Shown: piece by piece, positions 1-9,961 of the stretch
Numbering within the stretch: position 1 is the first letter of the stretch
How the letters are laid out: each line of letters opens with the position of its first letter
Virus record (IMG/VR): IMGVR_UViG_2897375277_000008
Span: 1 to 37,796 of that record
From: a virus
Taxonomy: Duplodnaviria; Heunggongvirae; Uroviricota; Caudoviricetes
DNA: 37,796 bases
Strand: one strand, 5' to 3'
Position numbers and translations under genes: made by a program
The notes under the pieces: generated by a model
Told to the model about the DNA's origin: nothing
Database searches by the model: none
The model's input: the letters and a program-made list of their open reading frames with translations, nothing else

Positions 1-1445
1 CTTTCTGGATCCACGTCATTCAGTTTGCACGTCCCGATCAGGCTGTACAGTAGCGCTCCCCGCTCACCACCATGGTCAGAGCCGAAGAACAGGAAGTTTT
101 TACGACCCAGACTGACCGCCCGCAGGGCATTTTCAGCGATGTTGTTGTCGATTTCCACCCAGCCATCGTTCGCATAGTACGTCAGTGCCGGCCACTGGTT
201 AAGTGCGTACGCGAACGCCTTCGCCAACTCTGAGTGTCGCGACAGGGTCTTCATCTTTTCACGCAACCAGCTTTCCAGGGATTTCAACAGCGGTTTCGTT
301 TTTCGCTGACGTTCAGCAAGCCGCTGCTCTGCCGGCATTCCCCTTATATCCGCCTCTATGGCGTACAACTGACCGATCTGCTCCAGGGCTTCTTCCGTCA
401 GTGCTGACGGGATGCGGACGTGCACATCGTGGATCTTTCGGCGGGCATGAGCCCAGCAGGCAGCTTCCGTTATCCCACCATTGCGATACAGCTCGTTGAA
501 CCCGGCGTACGCATCCGCTTGCAGCACACCGCTGAAGCAAGCAAGATGAGTCTGCGGATGGATGCCTTTCCTGTCCGGGCTGTAAGCGAACCACACTGCA
601 GGTGCCAACGCTGACCCGGCATTGCGGTCATCACGAACATACGCCCACAACCGCCCGGTCTTCGTCTTCTTATTACCCGGCAGCAGTACCTGGACCGGGG
701 TATCATCGGCATGGAGTTTGCCGTCAGTCATGACATAGCCATGAAGCGCCTCTTCCAGCGGAGACAGCAGCCGGCAGCATGCATCCACCCAGCCCGACAG
801 CAGTGAACGGCTCAGCTCCACACCTTGCCGGCCGTATATTTCTGACTGGCGATACAGCGGGGTGTGCTCTGCATACTTCGAGGTCAGCACGCGGGCCAGC
901 AGCCCCGGTCCGGCGATACCCCGCTCGATGGGCCGCGAAGGTGCAGGTGCCTGCACGATGGCATCGCACTGAGTACAGGCATGTTTTTCCCGTACCGTCC
1001 GGATAACCCGGAAGGCGCTACGCATCAACTCCAGCTGTTCGGCGGTATCCTCGCCCAGATAGCTCAGTGAACCGCCGCAGTTCGGGCAGCACGGCGCCGC
1101 AGGCAACAGTCGCTTTTCGTCACGGGGTAGTGATTCAGGGAACGGCTTACGGGTGCGGGTCTGACGCAACGGACGCTGTACTGCCGGGTCATACACCCTA
1201 CCAGTCAGCGTATCGCTCTCTTTCTGAAGCCGGTTCAGATCGGCTTCCATTTGTGCGATACGGCGGGAGACTTTTTCGGAACGACTGCCGAAGTTCATCC
1301 GGCGGAGTTTATCCAGCTGCGCCTGCAGATGGTCTATTTCGCGCTCCCGGTTGCTCAGCTTTTCCTGCAGGGCGTGGATCAGCGCTTCCTGTTCGGCCAG
1401 GCGCTGTTTCAGCAGGAAGATGTCGTCAGAAGAGATGTCGTTCAT
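1..1445 (-). CDS. tnpC: IS66-family transposase TnpC, 5' part (481 codons open to window edge)
   Basis: Minus-strand ATG at 1445; my hand translation starts [30 protein letters not shown] and contains CCPNCGG and a DDE-type core. Frame stays open to position 1, which is why it is absent from the ORF track. Confidence 0.8.
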   Translation of the reverse strand, partial: MNDISSDDIFLLKQRLAEQEALIHALQEKLSNREREIDHLQAQLDKLRRMNFGSRSEKVSRRIAQMEADLNRLQKESDTLTGRVYDPAVQRPLRQTRTRKPFPESLPRDEKRLLPAAPCCPNCGGSLSYLGEDTAEQLELMRSAFRVIRTVREKHACTQCDAIVQAPAPSRPIERGIAGPGLLARVLTSKYAEHTPLYRQSEIYGRQGVELSRSLLSGWVDACCRLLSPLEEALHGYVMTDGKLHADDTPVQVLLPGNKKTKTGRLWAYVRDDRNAGSALAPAVWFAYSPDRKGIHPQTHLACFSGVLQADAYAGFNELYRNGGITEAACWAHARRKIHDVHVRIPSALTEEALEQIGQLYAIEADIRGMPAEQRLAERQRKTKPLLKSLESWLREKMKTLSRHSELAKAFAYALNQWPALTYYANDGWVEIDNNIAENALRAVSLGRKNFLFFGSDHGGERGALLYSLIGTCKLNDVDPE

Positions 1446-1494
1446 AAGCCCGTATTTTACCGGGCTTATTCTGTGACAACCAGGATAAAGAGAT

Positions 1495-1842
1495 TTACAG
1501 CATGGTCAGGGAGGTCAGCAGCCGCTTAGGCTGTCGCCAGTCGATACCTTCCAGCAGCATCGCCAGCTGCGCCTGCGTAAGGAACACTTTGCCATCACGG
1601 GCTGACGGCCAGGCGAAGCGCCCACGCTCCAGCCGTTTGGTCAGGAGGCACAGCCCGTCACCGGTGGACCACAGCAGTTTAACCTGACTGCCGCTGCGGC
1701 CCCGGAAAATGAAAACATGGCCGGACATGGGATCGTCTTTCAGCGCCGTCTGTACTTTCGCAGCCAGGCCGTTGAAGCCATTTCTCATATCGGTGATACC
1801 GGCAACCAGCCAAATTTTGGTCCCGGAAGGTAACGGGATCAT
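1495..1842 (-). CDS. tnpB: IS66 Orf2 (TnpB)
   Basis: 115-aa [33 protein letters not shown]..., recognised as IS66 TnpB; overlaps tnpA by 4 nt. Confidence 0.85.
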   Translation of the reverse strand: MIPLPSGTKIWLVAGITDMRNGFNGLAAKVQTALKDDPMSGHVFIFRGRSGSQVKLLWSTGDGLCLLTKRLERGRFAWPSARDGKVFLTQAQLAMLLEGIDWRQPKRLLTSLTML

Positions 1843-2240
1843 CGCTTCAGTTCCTGTATCAGCAGAGTCAGGAGCTTTTCGCTGACATTGCCATTGAAGC
1901 GGAGCGTCCCGTGCCGGAACGTTACCTCACAGCTGATACTGAGGGTTTCCGGGTCCTCTGCGAGCGATTCTGGCTGTTCGGCAGCTGCATCGAGAGTCAC
2001 AGGAAGTAGCTGGGGGCTCTCTGAAGAAGGTAATAGCAGCTTTCCCTTGCGCCATTGTTGTCGCCATTTGAACAACAGATTGGCGTTAATGCCATTTTCA
2101 AGAGCAAGTTTTGAGATGGATATCCCGGGTTCACAGGAGGCAGCAACGAGCTGCTGTTTAAATTCGGGAGGATAATTAGGGCAGCCTTTTCGCCTGCCGG
2201 GAGTCACATTTTTCTGCATATCTGACACTTTGGTTCCCAC
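1839..2240 (-). CDS. tnpA: IS66 Orf1 (TnpA)
   Basis: 133-aa ORF MQKNVTPGRRKGCPNYPPEFKQQLVAAS..., recognised as IS66 Orf1; about 70 bp inside the IS end. Confidence 0.85.
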   Translation of the reverse strand: MGTKVSDMQKNVTPGRRKGCPNYPPEFKQQLVAASCEPGISISKLALENGINANLLFKWRQQWRKGKLLLPSSESPQLLPVTLDAAAEQPESLAEDPETLSISCEVTFRHGTLRFNGNVSEKLLTLLIQELKR

Positions 2241-2291
2241 TACTTATTTGGTGGACACCACTTTGTCTAATTCGTCAGATTCTGACCAGAC

Positions 2292-2311
2292 GGTTCAGGC
2301 TGTACGCTTAC
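2292..2311 (-). repeat. IS66 terminal inverted repeat (element end at 2311)
   Basis: Plus strand ggttcaggctgtacgcttac, reverse complement GTAAGCGTACAGCCTGAACC. Confidence 0.7.
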
Positions 2312-2312
2312 T

Positions 2313-2483
2313 TCTGTTCAGAATGCTGTATTTCTGAAAAAACGTGATGCTCTCATCGTCCACACCAATCTACGACTGAACATTCCACTTATAGTTAAGG
2401 ATAAATGGGATGAGGATGAAATCCTGGAGCGGGGTAAAAAGTTGGGGGAAATTGCATTGAAAGTATGGCCAAAACACGATTAA
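2313..2483 (+). other. 3' end of a plus-strand ORF abutting the IS66 end (possible IS-disrupted gene)
   Basis: Frame open from the IS junction to TAA at 2481..2483, ending ...KWDEDEILERGKKLGEIALKVWPKHD; no start codon in window. Confidence 0.25.
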
Positions 2484-2507
2484 TGCAATTAATAAAATAA
2501 TTATAAC

Positions 2508-2527
2508 GGCCTTACATTAGTAAGGCC
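2508..2527 (-). terminator. Hairpin, probable intrinsic terminator for minus-strand transcription
   Basis: Perfect 8-bp stem ggccttac/gtaaggcc with 4-nt loop; on the minus strand it is followed by a U-rich tract. Confidence 0.45.
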
Positions 2528-2578
2528 GCTACTCACTATTAAATCCTTTAATTTGCATCAAGAACAGCAGTGTCAGCC

Positions 2579-2707
2579 CTAGGTCTCGGACTTTGTACCG
2601 CTTATCTTGTCTTCAAAAATCAGCTCGCATCCTGCACAGTTCAGCGCATTACGTTGTAGATCTGTGTTCTGGTCATTTATTGATACGCGTACATAGCCAA
2701 TAAGCAT
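2579..2707 (-). pseudogene. pin: Truncated Gin/Pin/Hin-type serine invertase (N-terminal ~40 codons only)
   Basis: Minus-strand translation MLIGYVRVSINDQNTDLQRNALNCAGCELIFEDKISGTKSET-stop matches the invertase N-terminus including the catalytic-serine region, then hits a stop at codon 43 and no further invertase-like sequence follows. Confidence 0.75.
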
Positions 2708-2733
2708 AGTGGCTCCCTCTGACAAAAGCAGGA

Positions 2734-3312
2734 ATGATGCCATTTGCTCGTTATTTCTGCATTTTCATAAACGTTGGTTTGGGAGAAGGCTCTGCATTAC
2801 CGGTTGGGGTGCCTGTTCCGTGGCCTTCAGCCACTCCGCCAACAGGCTGGCTGAAATGCAATGGTGCGGCTTTTTCTGCTGAAGAATACCCGGAACTGGC
2901 AAAGGCTTACCCGACCAATAAATTGCCTGATTTACGCGGTGAATTTATTCGTGGCTGGGATGATGGACGTGGAGTGGATGCGGGGCGAGCCTTGCTAAGT
3001 CTTCAGAATGACTCTTTTGAAGCTCACAGGCATGAGTCCTTTTTTTACGCGGGTATTTCACGCAATGAAACACCATTAAAAAATCTTCCAAGTTCAGACG
3101 AGATGCTGACTTTAAGTTCCACAACTAATGCCTTGTCCCCGGACAGTATTGATGCCACCAATTCGTTAATTGGTAATGATGATTACAACTGTCTGATTGA
3201 AGGAAATAAAAATAACAAACGAACGGCAACGGGGTTGAGTACCAGTATTGTCGGTGCAGCAGAGACACGCCCACGTAATATTTCATTTAATTACATTGTG
3301 AGGGCTGCATGA
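2734..3312 (+). CDS. Alternative tail-fibre C-terminal cassette (silent in this orientation; no own start)
   Basis: ORF contains PVPWPSATPPTGWLKCNGAAFSAEEYPELAKAYPTNKLPDLRGEFIRGWDDGRG, the classic phage tail-fibre C-terminal motif; real coding starts at the crossover site around 2776. Confidence 0.7.
   Translation: MMPFARYFCIFINVGLGEGSALPVGVPVPWPSATPPTGWLKCNGAAFSAEEYPELAKAYPTNKLPDLRGEFIRGWDDGRGVDAGRALLSLQNDSFEAHRHESFFYAGISRNETPLKNLPSSDEMLTLSSTTNALSPDSIDATNSLIGNDDYNCLIEGNKNNKRTATGLSTSIVGAAETRPRNISFNYIVRAA
2762..2787 (+). other. Inversion crossover site (gix/pix-like), left
   Basis: 26-bp site ttttcataaacgTTggtttgggagaa; right half-site and central TT identical to the reverse complement of the site at 4598..4623. 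Confidence 0.7.
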
Positions 3313-3914
3313 TGTATAACGCCATCTTAAATAATAAATTTATTGCCACAAAGGCAGGAGAGATTACCGTTTATAACTATGACAGTGAGACACGGGAGTA
3401 TATTTCTGCATCAACTGAATATCTTGCTGTGGGTGTCGGTATCCCTGCATATTCCTGTTTAGATGCTCCTGGCACACATAAGGTTGGTTATGCAATCTGC
3501 CGTTCGGCAGATTTAAACTCATGGGAATATGTGCCAGACCATCGCGGTGAAGTTGTCTATAACACCGAAACGGGAGAATCAAAAGAAATCACAGCTCCGG
3601 GTGATTACCCTGAAAATACAACCACTATCGTCCCGTTAACGCCATACGATAAATGGGATGGTGAGAAATGGGTGACAGATACTGAGGCACAGCATAGTGC
3701 CGCAGTAGACGCGGCAGAAGCACAGCGCCAGTCGCTGATTGATGCTGCAATGGCTTCCATCAGTCTGATTCAACTGAAATTACAGGCCGGGCGGAAGCTG
3801 ACGCAGGCAGAAACAACCCGACTTAACGCCGTGCTGGATTACATTGACGCGGTGACGGTAACAGATACCAGCACCACGCCGGATGTCATCTGGCCTGAAC
3901 TGCCGGAGGCGTAG
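3309..3914 (+). CDS. Tail fibre assembly protein (alternative cassette)
   Basis: 201-aa ORF directly after the alternative fibre cassette; C-terminus ...[12 protein letters not shown] is Tfa-like. Confidence 0.7.
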   Translation: MMYNAILNNKFIATKAGEITVYNYDSETREYISASTEYLAVGVGIPAYSCLDAPGTHKVGYAICRSADLNSWEYVPDHRGEVVYNTETGESKEITAPGDYPENTTTIVPLTPYDKWDGEKWVTDTEAQHSAAVDAAEAQRQSLIDAAMASISLIQLKLQAGRKLTQAETTRLNAVLDYIDAVTVTDTSTTPDVIWPELPEA

Positions 3915-4314
3915 GCCATTCAATATCGGGTGCTGTTGAAGTATCAACACGCATCAGCAGCACACGGTATTTCTTCCATTTGGTGAGAGTTGAAGTTTCT
4001 TCATCAGTTGCGATATCAGCATCAACAGCATCCTGACGCCAGGATATTTCACTGTCAGCTTTTTCCCGTAATTGGGATTTTTTAACTTCAGCAATAGCTA
4101 TTAATTCCTTTTTGGTCGGCTGAGGAATATCTATCAGTGCTGGTTTTCCATTCAGTGTTCCAATCTGTTTTCCTGGTAGAATATCCGTAAATAACTTTTT
4201 ATGTTCTTCCTCACTGACTATTACACCATCATCAGGCCACAGACCTGATGCCTCAAATTTTTCTTTCTCCGATATGGGGAAAAAGCCATTTGCTTTAGCG
4301 CTCCATACGTACAT
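3886..4314 (-). CDS. Tail fibre assembly protein (expressed cassette)
   Basis: 142-aa ORF after the tail-fibre gene, C-terminus ...[15 protein letters not shown]; converges on and overlaps the other tfa by 29 bp. Confidence 0.7.
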   Translation of the reverse strand: MYVWSAKANGFFPISEKEKFEASGLWPDDGVIVSEEEHKKLFTDILPGKQIGTLNGKPALIDIPQPTKKELIAIAEVKKSQLREKADSEISWRQDAVDADIATDEETSTLTKWKKYRVLLMRVDTSTAPDIEWPTPPAVQAR

Positions 4315-4315
4315 A

Positions 4316-4900
4316 TCAATACCCCACCGCTATAATGTCCACATTAAATCCCCCGGGACCTGCCTGCCAGATGCTGGCCCCTGTTAATGATTTTGTTTGA
4401 TGAACAACCGCCACATTTGCTGGCGATTGTGTTTCAGTTGTTACAGTACCGATATCATTCCAGTTAATTGAGATGGAATAGTTCGTTGTTGTAAACGACC
4501 GGGGGAAAGTTATGTGTCTTACATTGGTGCCGACAGGAAATCCAAGATAAACACGCTGAATTATCATTCCTCCAGGTAACATAACCCAGTTAGCACCTTC
4601 TCCCAAACCAAGGTTTTCGAGAGCTGTTTTCACCGTGCCATCCGATTTGATATCGCCAAACGGATTCTTGCGGCTTAACAGCAGCGCACGAAGCGCGGTA
4701 AGCAACTGGTCGTGCCGCGCCTTCTCCAGGCTGGCACCGGAGGCCTCCACCACGCTGCAGAGTTCTTCCTGCAACATGTCAAAGTAGTCATCATCCAGAT
4801 CGGTGGCAGGCGTGCCTGTCTGGGGGTTACCACGGGTAAAACCGTTCTTACCCGGGCCGAACTTATCCTTCTGCGCGGTTTTCGTGTCTATACGATGCAT
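4316..4900 (-). CDS. Tail fibre protein (constant N-terminus joined to current variable C-terminus)
   Basis: 194-aa ORF between the YmfQ-like gene and tfa; crossover site lies inside it at the LENLGLGEG codons. Confidence 0.65.
   Translation of the reverse strand: MHRIDTKTAQKDKFGPGKNGFTRGNPQTGTPATDLDDDYFDMLQEELCSVVEASGASLEKARHDQLLTALRALLLSRKNPFGDIKSDGTVKTALENLGLGEGANWVMLPGGMIIQRVYLGFPVGTNVRHITFPRSFTTTNYSISINWNDIGTVTTETQSPANVAVVHQTKSLTGASIWQAGPGGFNVDIIAVGY
4598..4623 (-). other. Inversion crossover site (gix/pix-like), right, inside the tail-fibre gene
   Basis: Plus strand ttctcccaaaccAAggttttcgagag; reverse complement shares TTGGTTTGGGAGAA with the left site; both sites encode the shared GLGEG peptide. 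Confidence 0.7.
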
Positions 4901-4903
4901 GGA

Positions 4904-5488
4904 TTACTCCGGATATTTAAAAATTACGTAGGTATGCGACGGGCAGAGTTTGTTAAGCACACATTCGACGACGGTGTCGCCCCAGACACGCAGCGCGGAA
5001 TCACAGGGATCGCCACATGTCATCCAGGTGGTGTTGGTGGCGGCTGGCATGTTGACCTGCCAGTAATACCGCCATTCCGGCGCATTCACCGCGTCAGTAC
5101 AGGCAGATGAGCAGGTGAAAGTGCTTTTATCGTATCGCGTGATGGTGGCATCCGGTCTGCCCAGGGCAGCAAGCTGTGCAAGGTAAAAATCCTCATTGAT
5201 GCCGCCCGCCAGATTAACCTTCGCATCCAGCCGTTGCTGACGCTGGCGAAGGGTCTGCGTTCCCGCCGGAATACATTCATCCGGCAGGCCGCACAGACGC
5301 TCCCAGCGGTTTATCAGTTCAGTGGTGGTGCGCGGATCCAGCTCCCGCATCAGGGCATCCGCACGCTGATGAACGCGGGTTAATGACGGTGCCGCACCGG
5401 CAATCGCCGGATCGCTGACTGACCACGCCGGACCGGGCGGCAACAGTGCCGACAACAGACGGATATAATCATCGTTTGTCACGTCCAT
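4904..5488 (-). CDS. Tail/baseplate protein, YmfQ-like (Mu gp48-like)
   Basis: 194-aa ORF between baseplate J and tail fibre; family recalled from e14/Mu. Confidence 0.6.
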   Translation of the reverse strand: MDVTNDDYIRLLSALLPPGPAWSVSDPAIAGAAPSLTRVHQRADALMRELDPRTTTELINRWERLCGLPDECIPAGTQTLRQRQQRLDAKVNLAGGINEDFYLAQLAALGRPDATITRYDKSTFTCSSACTDAVNAPEWRYYWQVNMPAATNTTWMTCGDPCDSALRVWGDTVVECVLNKLCPSHTYVIFKYPE

Positions 5489-6537
5489 GAAATCGTCCCC
5501 AGAACTGCCAGCTCATTTTTTGCAATGGAGATATTGTCCGCCGGGGCAAGCAACTGATGGCTGTATTCCCCGTTCGCACCGGAAATCGCTTCACTGATAC
5601 GTGACACCTTCAGTTCTCCCTGCGGATAACCATCACGCAGCAGGAACGAACGCAACTCCGCGGTGATGGCGGCTCGTATTTCCGGTGTATCCGGCGTCAC
5701 ACGGATATGAAAATCCACTTTATGCGCCACCGGCCTGAATACATACAAATCAGAGCCTGCCACCGGGGCCAGTGGCTCGATATGTTGTCTTGCCGCCGTT
5801 TCCGTTGATTCTTCCGGAATGGGATTAATCAGGTCACTGCTGGCAATCATCACACCGACAGTTCCCGTTCCCATCCAGTGACGGTATGTCCATGCGCGGG
5901 TAATGCCGGGCACTTCTTTAGCCCAGACGACATAGTCCCCGTCAGCCCCGCCCTGAGGCGTCCAGTAATACCGCTCAATGACGCGGGCGCGCCACGTTTC
6001 CAGCTCTTCAGTATCAAATCCACCTGTCAGGGTATCTGCCACGCCGGAAGACGGCAGACCATTCACCGGCGTGACCAGGATTAATGACGTACCGTCGTCA
6101 GCGTTACCGACCGCGCCTGCACTTGAGCAGGCGATCGGCACGCGCAGGACACCACCGGAGCTGGTTGCATCGGCAGTTGCCGTGTACTGAACCAGGTCAT
6201 CGCGCTGAATAACACTCCCGGCGGTCACCTTCAGGCCATCGCTGACACCTTCCCAGCGCATATACCCGCTGGCAGTCGTGGCCCCCTTGCGCGGACACCG
6301 TTTCATCGCAGCATGTCGCGCCAGCCAGGACTCATCGCACAGGTCAGGCAGCATGTTCATTGCCAGATAATCGATGTACCCGTAAACCGTATGCAGCGCC
6401 GCCGCATACACCTTTGCCCGCACGTCTTCATCCATGCGCCGGAGCGTGTCGCTGACGTCCAGCCTGGCGAATAAATCGTTACGGAGCATACTGATATTTT
6501 CTGCCAGCGTCGGGCGCTGAAATTCACTGTCCGCCAT
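5479..6537 (-). CDS. Baseplate J-like protein
   Basis: 352-aa ORF in baseplate cluster; position and size fit Mu gp47 / P2 gpJ. Confidence 0.7.
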   Translation of the reverse strand: MADSEFQRPTLAENISMLRNDLFARLDVSDTLRRMDEDVRAKVYAAALHTVYGYIDYLAMNMLPDLCDESWLARHAAMKRCPRKGATTASGYMRWEGVSDGLKVTAGSVIQRDDLVQYTATADATSSGGVLRVPIACSSAGAVGNADDGTSLILVTPVNGLPSSGVADTLTGGFDTEELETWRARVIERYYWTPQGGADGDYVVWAKEVPGITRAWTYRHWMGTGTVGVMIASSDLINPIPEESTETAARQHIEPLAPVAGSDLYVFRPVAHKVDFHIRVTPDTPEIRAAITAELRSFLLRDGYPQGELKVSRISEAISGANGEYSHQLLAPADNISIAKNELAVLGTISWT

Positions 6538-6952
6538 GCATTATCGCACTCCACAGATCATCAAAAGAAATCATTACCGGTCCGTCACGACGCCAGAGAG
6601 TGATACTGTTACCCAGTTCATTAATCCCGGTGCGGCGGATATCCAGATCAATACGGGACACCACACCGTCATCAATCATCCATTGCAGGCATTCGCGGAT
6701 ATACCCCCTTACCGTCTGCACCAGCTGATTGGTCAGTTTGCCGCGCTGAAGCAGCCACAGCCGGGAGCCGTAACGGTCATTCTGTACCGCAGGCCAGGTA
6801 TCCCCCCACCATCCCATCGGGACGTCGGCATTGTCATCAGGCTCCGCCCGCCGCCAGGTAAACAGGGAAATCACCACGGCGCGGGTCAGCGGATCCAGCG
6901 GTGCGCTGGCGCAGGTGCGTTTACCGTTCACCGTCAGCCACAGTTCCATCAT
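6524..6952 (-). CDS. Baseplate protein, Mu gp46-like
   Basis: 142-aa ORF overlapping neighbours in the baseplate operon. Confidence 0.55.
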   Translation of the reverse strand: MMELWLTVNGKRTCASAPLDPLTRAVVISLFTWRRAEPDDNADVPMGWWGDTWPAVQNDRYGSRLWLLQRGKLTNQLVQTVRGYIRECLQWMIDDGVVSRIDLDIRRTGINELGNSITLWRRDGPVMISFDDLWSAIMHGGQ

Positions 6953-7497
6953 GCCTCCATCGCTTTATCCGGTTTGTCGGTGTTACTGCCCTGACCGTTC
7001 TCTCTGTGACGATGGCCGTTATAGGCAAGCCGCATCGCTGACATGGTGGTGCCGCCGGAGTCGCACAGGTCTTTCACCTGTCCGGTCACTTCCAGGTCCA
7101 TTTCAAAACGTGCTTTAGGTGAATTGCGAAACGTGATCGTTTTACCTGCACCGTCCACCACGATCCCCTCCCGGGTCAGCGTCACGGACTGCCCCTGATC
7201 GTCATAGACAGCCACCTCACCCGTCTGCAGCCCTTTCAGGCGGTAGCGCCGGTCCGACACCGTAACAACCACCGCATGAGAACGGTCGCCATCCGGAAAC
7301 AACACCACCGCTTCCGCACCGCTGTTTGCCCTTGAGGTAAAACCGTAGGGTTCAAGATGTTCAACCCCTGCTTTGGGTTCACCGGCAATCAGGGACACAT
7401 CCACGGTCTGACATTTCGTGGCGGCACTGATGCTTTTCACCACGGCCCGCCCAATCAGGCCGAGGAGTTGTCGCTGCATGGCTTCAATCGTCCTCAT
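6949..7497 (-). CDS. Baseplate assembly protein V / spike
   Basis: 182-aa ORF MRTIEAMQRQLLGLIGRAVV...; gpV-like N-terminus. Confidence 0.65.
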   Translation of the reverse strand: MRTIEAMQRQLLGLIGRAVVKSISAATKCQTVDVSLIAGEPKAGVEHLEPYGFTSRANSGAEAVVLFPDGDRSHAVVVTVSDRRYRLKGLQTGEVAVYDDQGQSVTLTREGIVVDGAGKTITFRNSPKARFEMDLEVTGQVKDLCDSGGTTMSAMRLAYNGHRHRENGQGSNTDKPDKAMEA

Positions 7498-8576
7498 CAG
7501 AACGGATCCTCCTGTACTCTGGCTTTTTTCTTTTTCCGCGAGCCGGGGGCTTCGGGTTCAGGCAGATAAGCATCAGGCGGGCCGACACGGATTTCCGTCA
7601 GGGTGCCGTTCTGGTCCTGAGTAAACGTGACTTCCGAAACAAGCAGTTCGGTATTGTCGAAACCACAGACCGGATCGAAGACAATCACCCGCTGGTTGGG
7701 CTGCCACAGCGTACCGTTACCCTGTCGCCAGCCCTGCACCACATAGGTGGTTTCATCCGTCCGCGCCGCCCGTTGCCGGGCTTCAAAGTCAGCACGGGCA
7801 ATACAGCCTGCCCCCGTGGCCTGCCCTGTCTGCCTGATATACATCGGACGGTAACGGGCAATAAATGCGTCCTCTGTGCGGGCCCGCAGCGCGGTGGTGG
7901 TGGCCTCACCGAAATCATCGTCGTTTCCGGCACGCTGCCCCGCCACCTGGTAAACTGAAAACCGCTCCCGGATACTCTTCTCCGTATCACAGGAAAGGAT
8001 GTTTTCCCCAAGTACCAGCGCGGTATGTGCCCGCGTTGAGCCAATACCGCCAATCACCAGCCTGCCGTGCGGGTCGTCATAAGCCAGCGCCTGCTGCTGA
8101 CCGAGTATTTTGTTGATTACCTCAATCACCGTTTCACCGTGATCAGGCTGGACATCAGGAATAACACCCGACGGCGCACCGCTGTTCACCACCTCAATGC
8201 CGAAAGGCGCAGCAAGCGCCTGCGCAATCTGTACCAGCGATCGTCCGTTAAACTGTGTCGGTTCGGCTGCACAGTCAATCAGGTCAGCGGTCAGACTACG
8301 TCCGGCAATACCGGTGCTGACCGAACGGGCATCGTAACGAACGGGCGTCGCCTCCACCCAGCCAGTGATCACCAGCTCATCACCAATCAGCACTTCCACT
8401 TTTGAACCGTTTTTAATGCGCGGCTGAAGCGTGGTGATACCCTCATCTCCCGGCCACTGGCGGGTGATCTCCACACTGAAATCCCGCGCCAGTCGTTCAA
8501 CACCGGCACCGATGCGCACCGATGTCCAGCCATTCCACTCCCGGCCATTTACCCGTAGCGTGACGTTATCGTTCAT
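7497..8576 (-). CDS. Baseplate hub / late tail protein (Mu gp44, P2 gpD-like)
   Basis: 359-aa ORF between the gp43-like and gpV-like genes; start overlaps upstream stop. Confidence 0.55.
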   Translation of the reverse strand: MNDNVTLRVNGREWNGWTSVRIGAGVERLARDFSVEITRQWPGDEGITTLQPRIKNGSKVEVLIGDELVITGWVEATPVRYDARSVSTGIAGRSLTADLIDCAAEPTQFNGRSLVQIAQALAAPFGIEVVNSGAPSGVIPDVQPDHGETVIEVINKILGQQQALAYDDPHGRLVIGGIGSTRAHTALVLGENILSCDTEKSIRERFSVYQVAGQRAGNDDDFGEATTTALRARTEDAFIARYRPMYIRQTGQATGAGCIARADFEARQRAARTDETTYVVQGWRQGNGTLWQPNQRVIVFDPVCGFDNTELLVSEVTFTQDQNGTLTEIRVGPPDAYLPEPEAPGSRKKKKARVQEDPF

Positions 8577-9943
8577 TGCACTGGCACCTTCAGAGGGATC
8601 ACCGGCACAAAGCCGGGATGCGTAATGGCATTACGCCGGATAATGTCCCCGTCACGCGCCGCGTTATCAAACCAGGTCGCCGCCAGCACCAGCGCGGGTA
8701 AAACCTCATCCGGCGTGCGCTGAATGATCCGTGCAGACTGTTCAAGGCGCGTGTTGATATCCGCATTCAGATCTGCTTTCACCCGGCGCAGCGCCAGAAA
8801 CAGCGCATCACTGGTTGTACGGGACAACTCCTTATCAATTGCCGTATTCAGTGTGTCGCGAATGTCAGTCAGTTCTTCCCACGTTGGCAGGTCAACCGTG
8901 CTTTTCACCGCCGGTGCATTGTTCAGTGCCGGATGCGTGACGGAAGGCCAGCCAGTGCTCTGCGCGGGTGTTGTTGCCTGCCCCACTGCGGCATTCTGCA
9001 TCACCGCGGAAGTTGTTGGCGCAGGCAATCGGGTGACGGCATACGCCGCTTCGCTGATTGCGGTCGTACGAAGGATGCTGGCAACCACGTTACGCTGCTG
9101 TGTCGCCGTGGCGGTGGTTTTACTGTCCGTTTTCCAGACGCCGCGCGGTTGCAGATCGCTGCCAAGGCTGACACCGGAAAGCGTTTTGATCATGGTGACC
9201 AGGTCGCTGGCGTTACCATAAAGGCGTTTCCCGGTACGCCACATTTTCTGCACCTGCTCAACGAAATTTTTGCCTGACGATGGCGGCGGCAGAAGTACCG
9301 AGATATCCCCCTGCAACAGCCTGGCGGCATCCGATACGGCAGAATCCACCACTTTCATCGCATCAGAAACATACCCAAGCATTGTGCCGGCATTACCGAC
9401 GACGTCGTTCTGCACAAAATCTGCCACGCCATCGATACTGAAACTACTGAAACTGTCACTGATGCAGTCATCCAGTGCAGAACAGGATGACATCAGCGTC
9501 TGCGCCGTCGCCGCACCTGATGTGGGGTAAGAGAGTTCTCCCGCTTCGACAAACTTCAGGTCAAAGCGGACAATACGCCCTTCACTCTTCGATGTGCTGA
9601 CCCGAACCTCTCCGTCAACACAGACTTTCAGCTCACCGTAAGTCGGATGGACAAGCGTGCCAGGACCGGGTTTATTCAGCGCGTCAATCAGGCGATCGCG
9701 CTGGTCAAAGCAGTCATCTCCCACCACATAAGCCGTGATGGACGGGCGGAAAGTGATTTTCCCCAGGTCTTCGGTATAGGGTTTGTCGCGGTTCGGGTAT
9801 TCGTGCGTTTCCACACGACGACCGGTTCCCGTACTTTCTTCTTCAACCTTAAACGGCACACCGCGAAATGACGCGTCCTGAAGTCTGTCTTTCCACGTCA
9901 TATAAACTCCGTACATAAAAAATCCCACCGGAGTGGGACTCAT
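8573..9943 (-). CDS. Mu gpN-like DNA circularisation / tail protein
   Basis: 456-aa ORF directly downstream of the tape measure gene, as in Mu-type tails. Confidence 0.55.
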   Translation of the reverse strand: MSPTPVGFFMYGVYMTWKDRLQDASFRGVPFKVEEESTGTGRRVETHEYPNRDKPYTEDLGKITFRPSITAYVVGDDCFDQRDRLIDALNKPGPGTLVHPTYGELKVCVDGEVRVSTSKSEGRIVRFDLKFVEAGELSYPTSGAATAQTLMSSCSALDDCISDSFSSFSIDGVADFVQNDVVGNAGTMLGYVSDAMKVVDSAVSDAARLLQGDISVLLPPPSSGKNFVEQVQKMWRTGKRLYGNASDLVTMIKTLSGVSLGSDLQPRGVWKTDSKTTATATQQRNVVASILRTTAISEAAYAVTRLPAPTTSAVMQNAAVGQATTPAQSTGWPSVTHPALNNAPAVKSTVDLPTWEELTDIRDTLNTAIDKELSRTTSDALFLALRRVKADLNADINTRLEQSARIIQRTPDEVLPALVLAATWFDNAARDGDIIRRNAITHPGFVPVIPLKVPVQ

Positions 9944-9961
9944 TAACAGATTAATTTTTCA

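Larger units (their letters stand above)
1..2311 (-). mobile_element. IS66-family insertion sequence, partial (runs off the window start)
   Basis: Three co-oriented minus-strand ORFs in the IS66 order tnpA-tnpB-tnpC; terminal sequence at 2292..2311 reads GTAAGCGTACAGCCTGAACC on the minus strand, matching the GTAAGCG-type IS66 end. Confidence 0.85.

Noticed and set aside
2480-2600. Prophage attachment-site direct repeat
   Set aside because: Compared this region with 35775..35924 by eye and found only a 7-mer in common; the att sites may lie outside the window or beyond the McrC-like gene, so no boundary is called.
2734-2775. Apparent ATG start of the plus-strand tail-fibre cassette
   Set aside because: This start lies in the invertase-proximal spacer upstream of the crossover site; the cassette is expressed only after inversion fuses it to the constant N-terminus.
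4712-5110. Plus-strand 132-aa ORF
   Set aside because: Lies antisense within the tail-fibre and YmfQ-like genes; no ribosome-binding site; judged an antisense shadow ORF.
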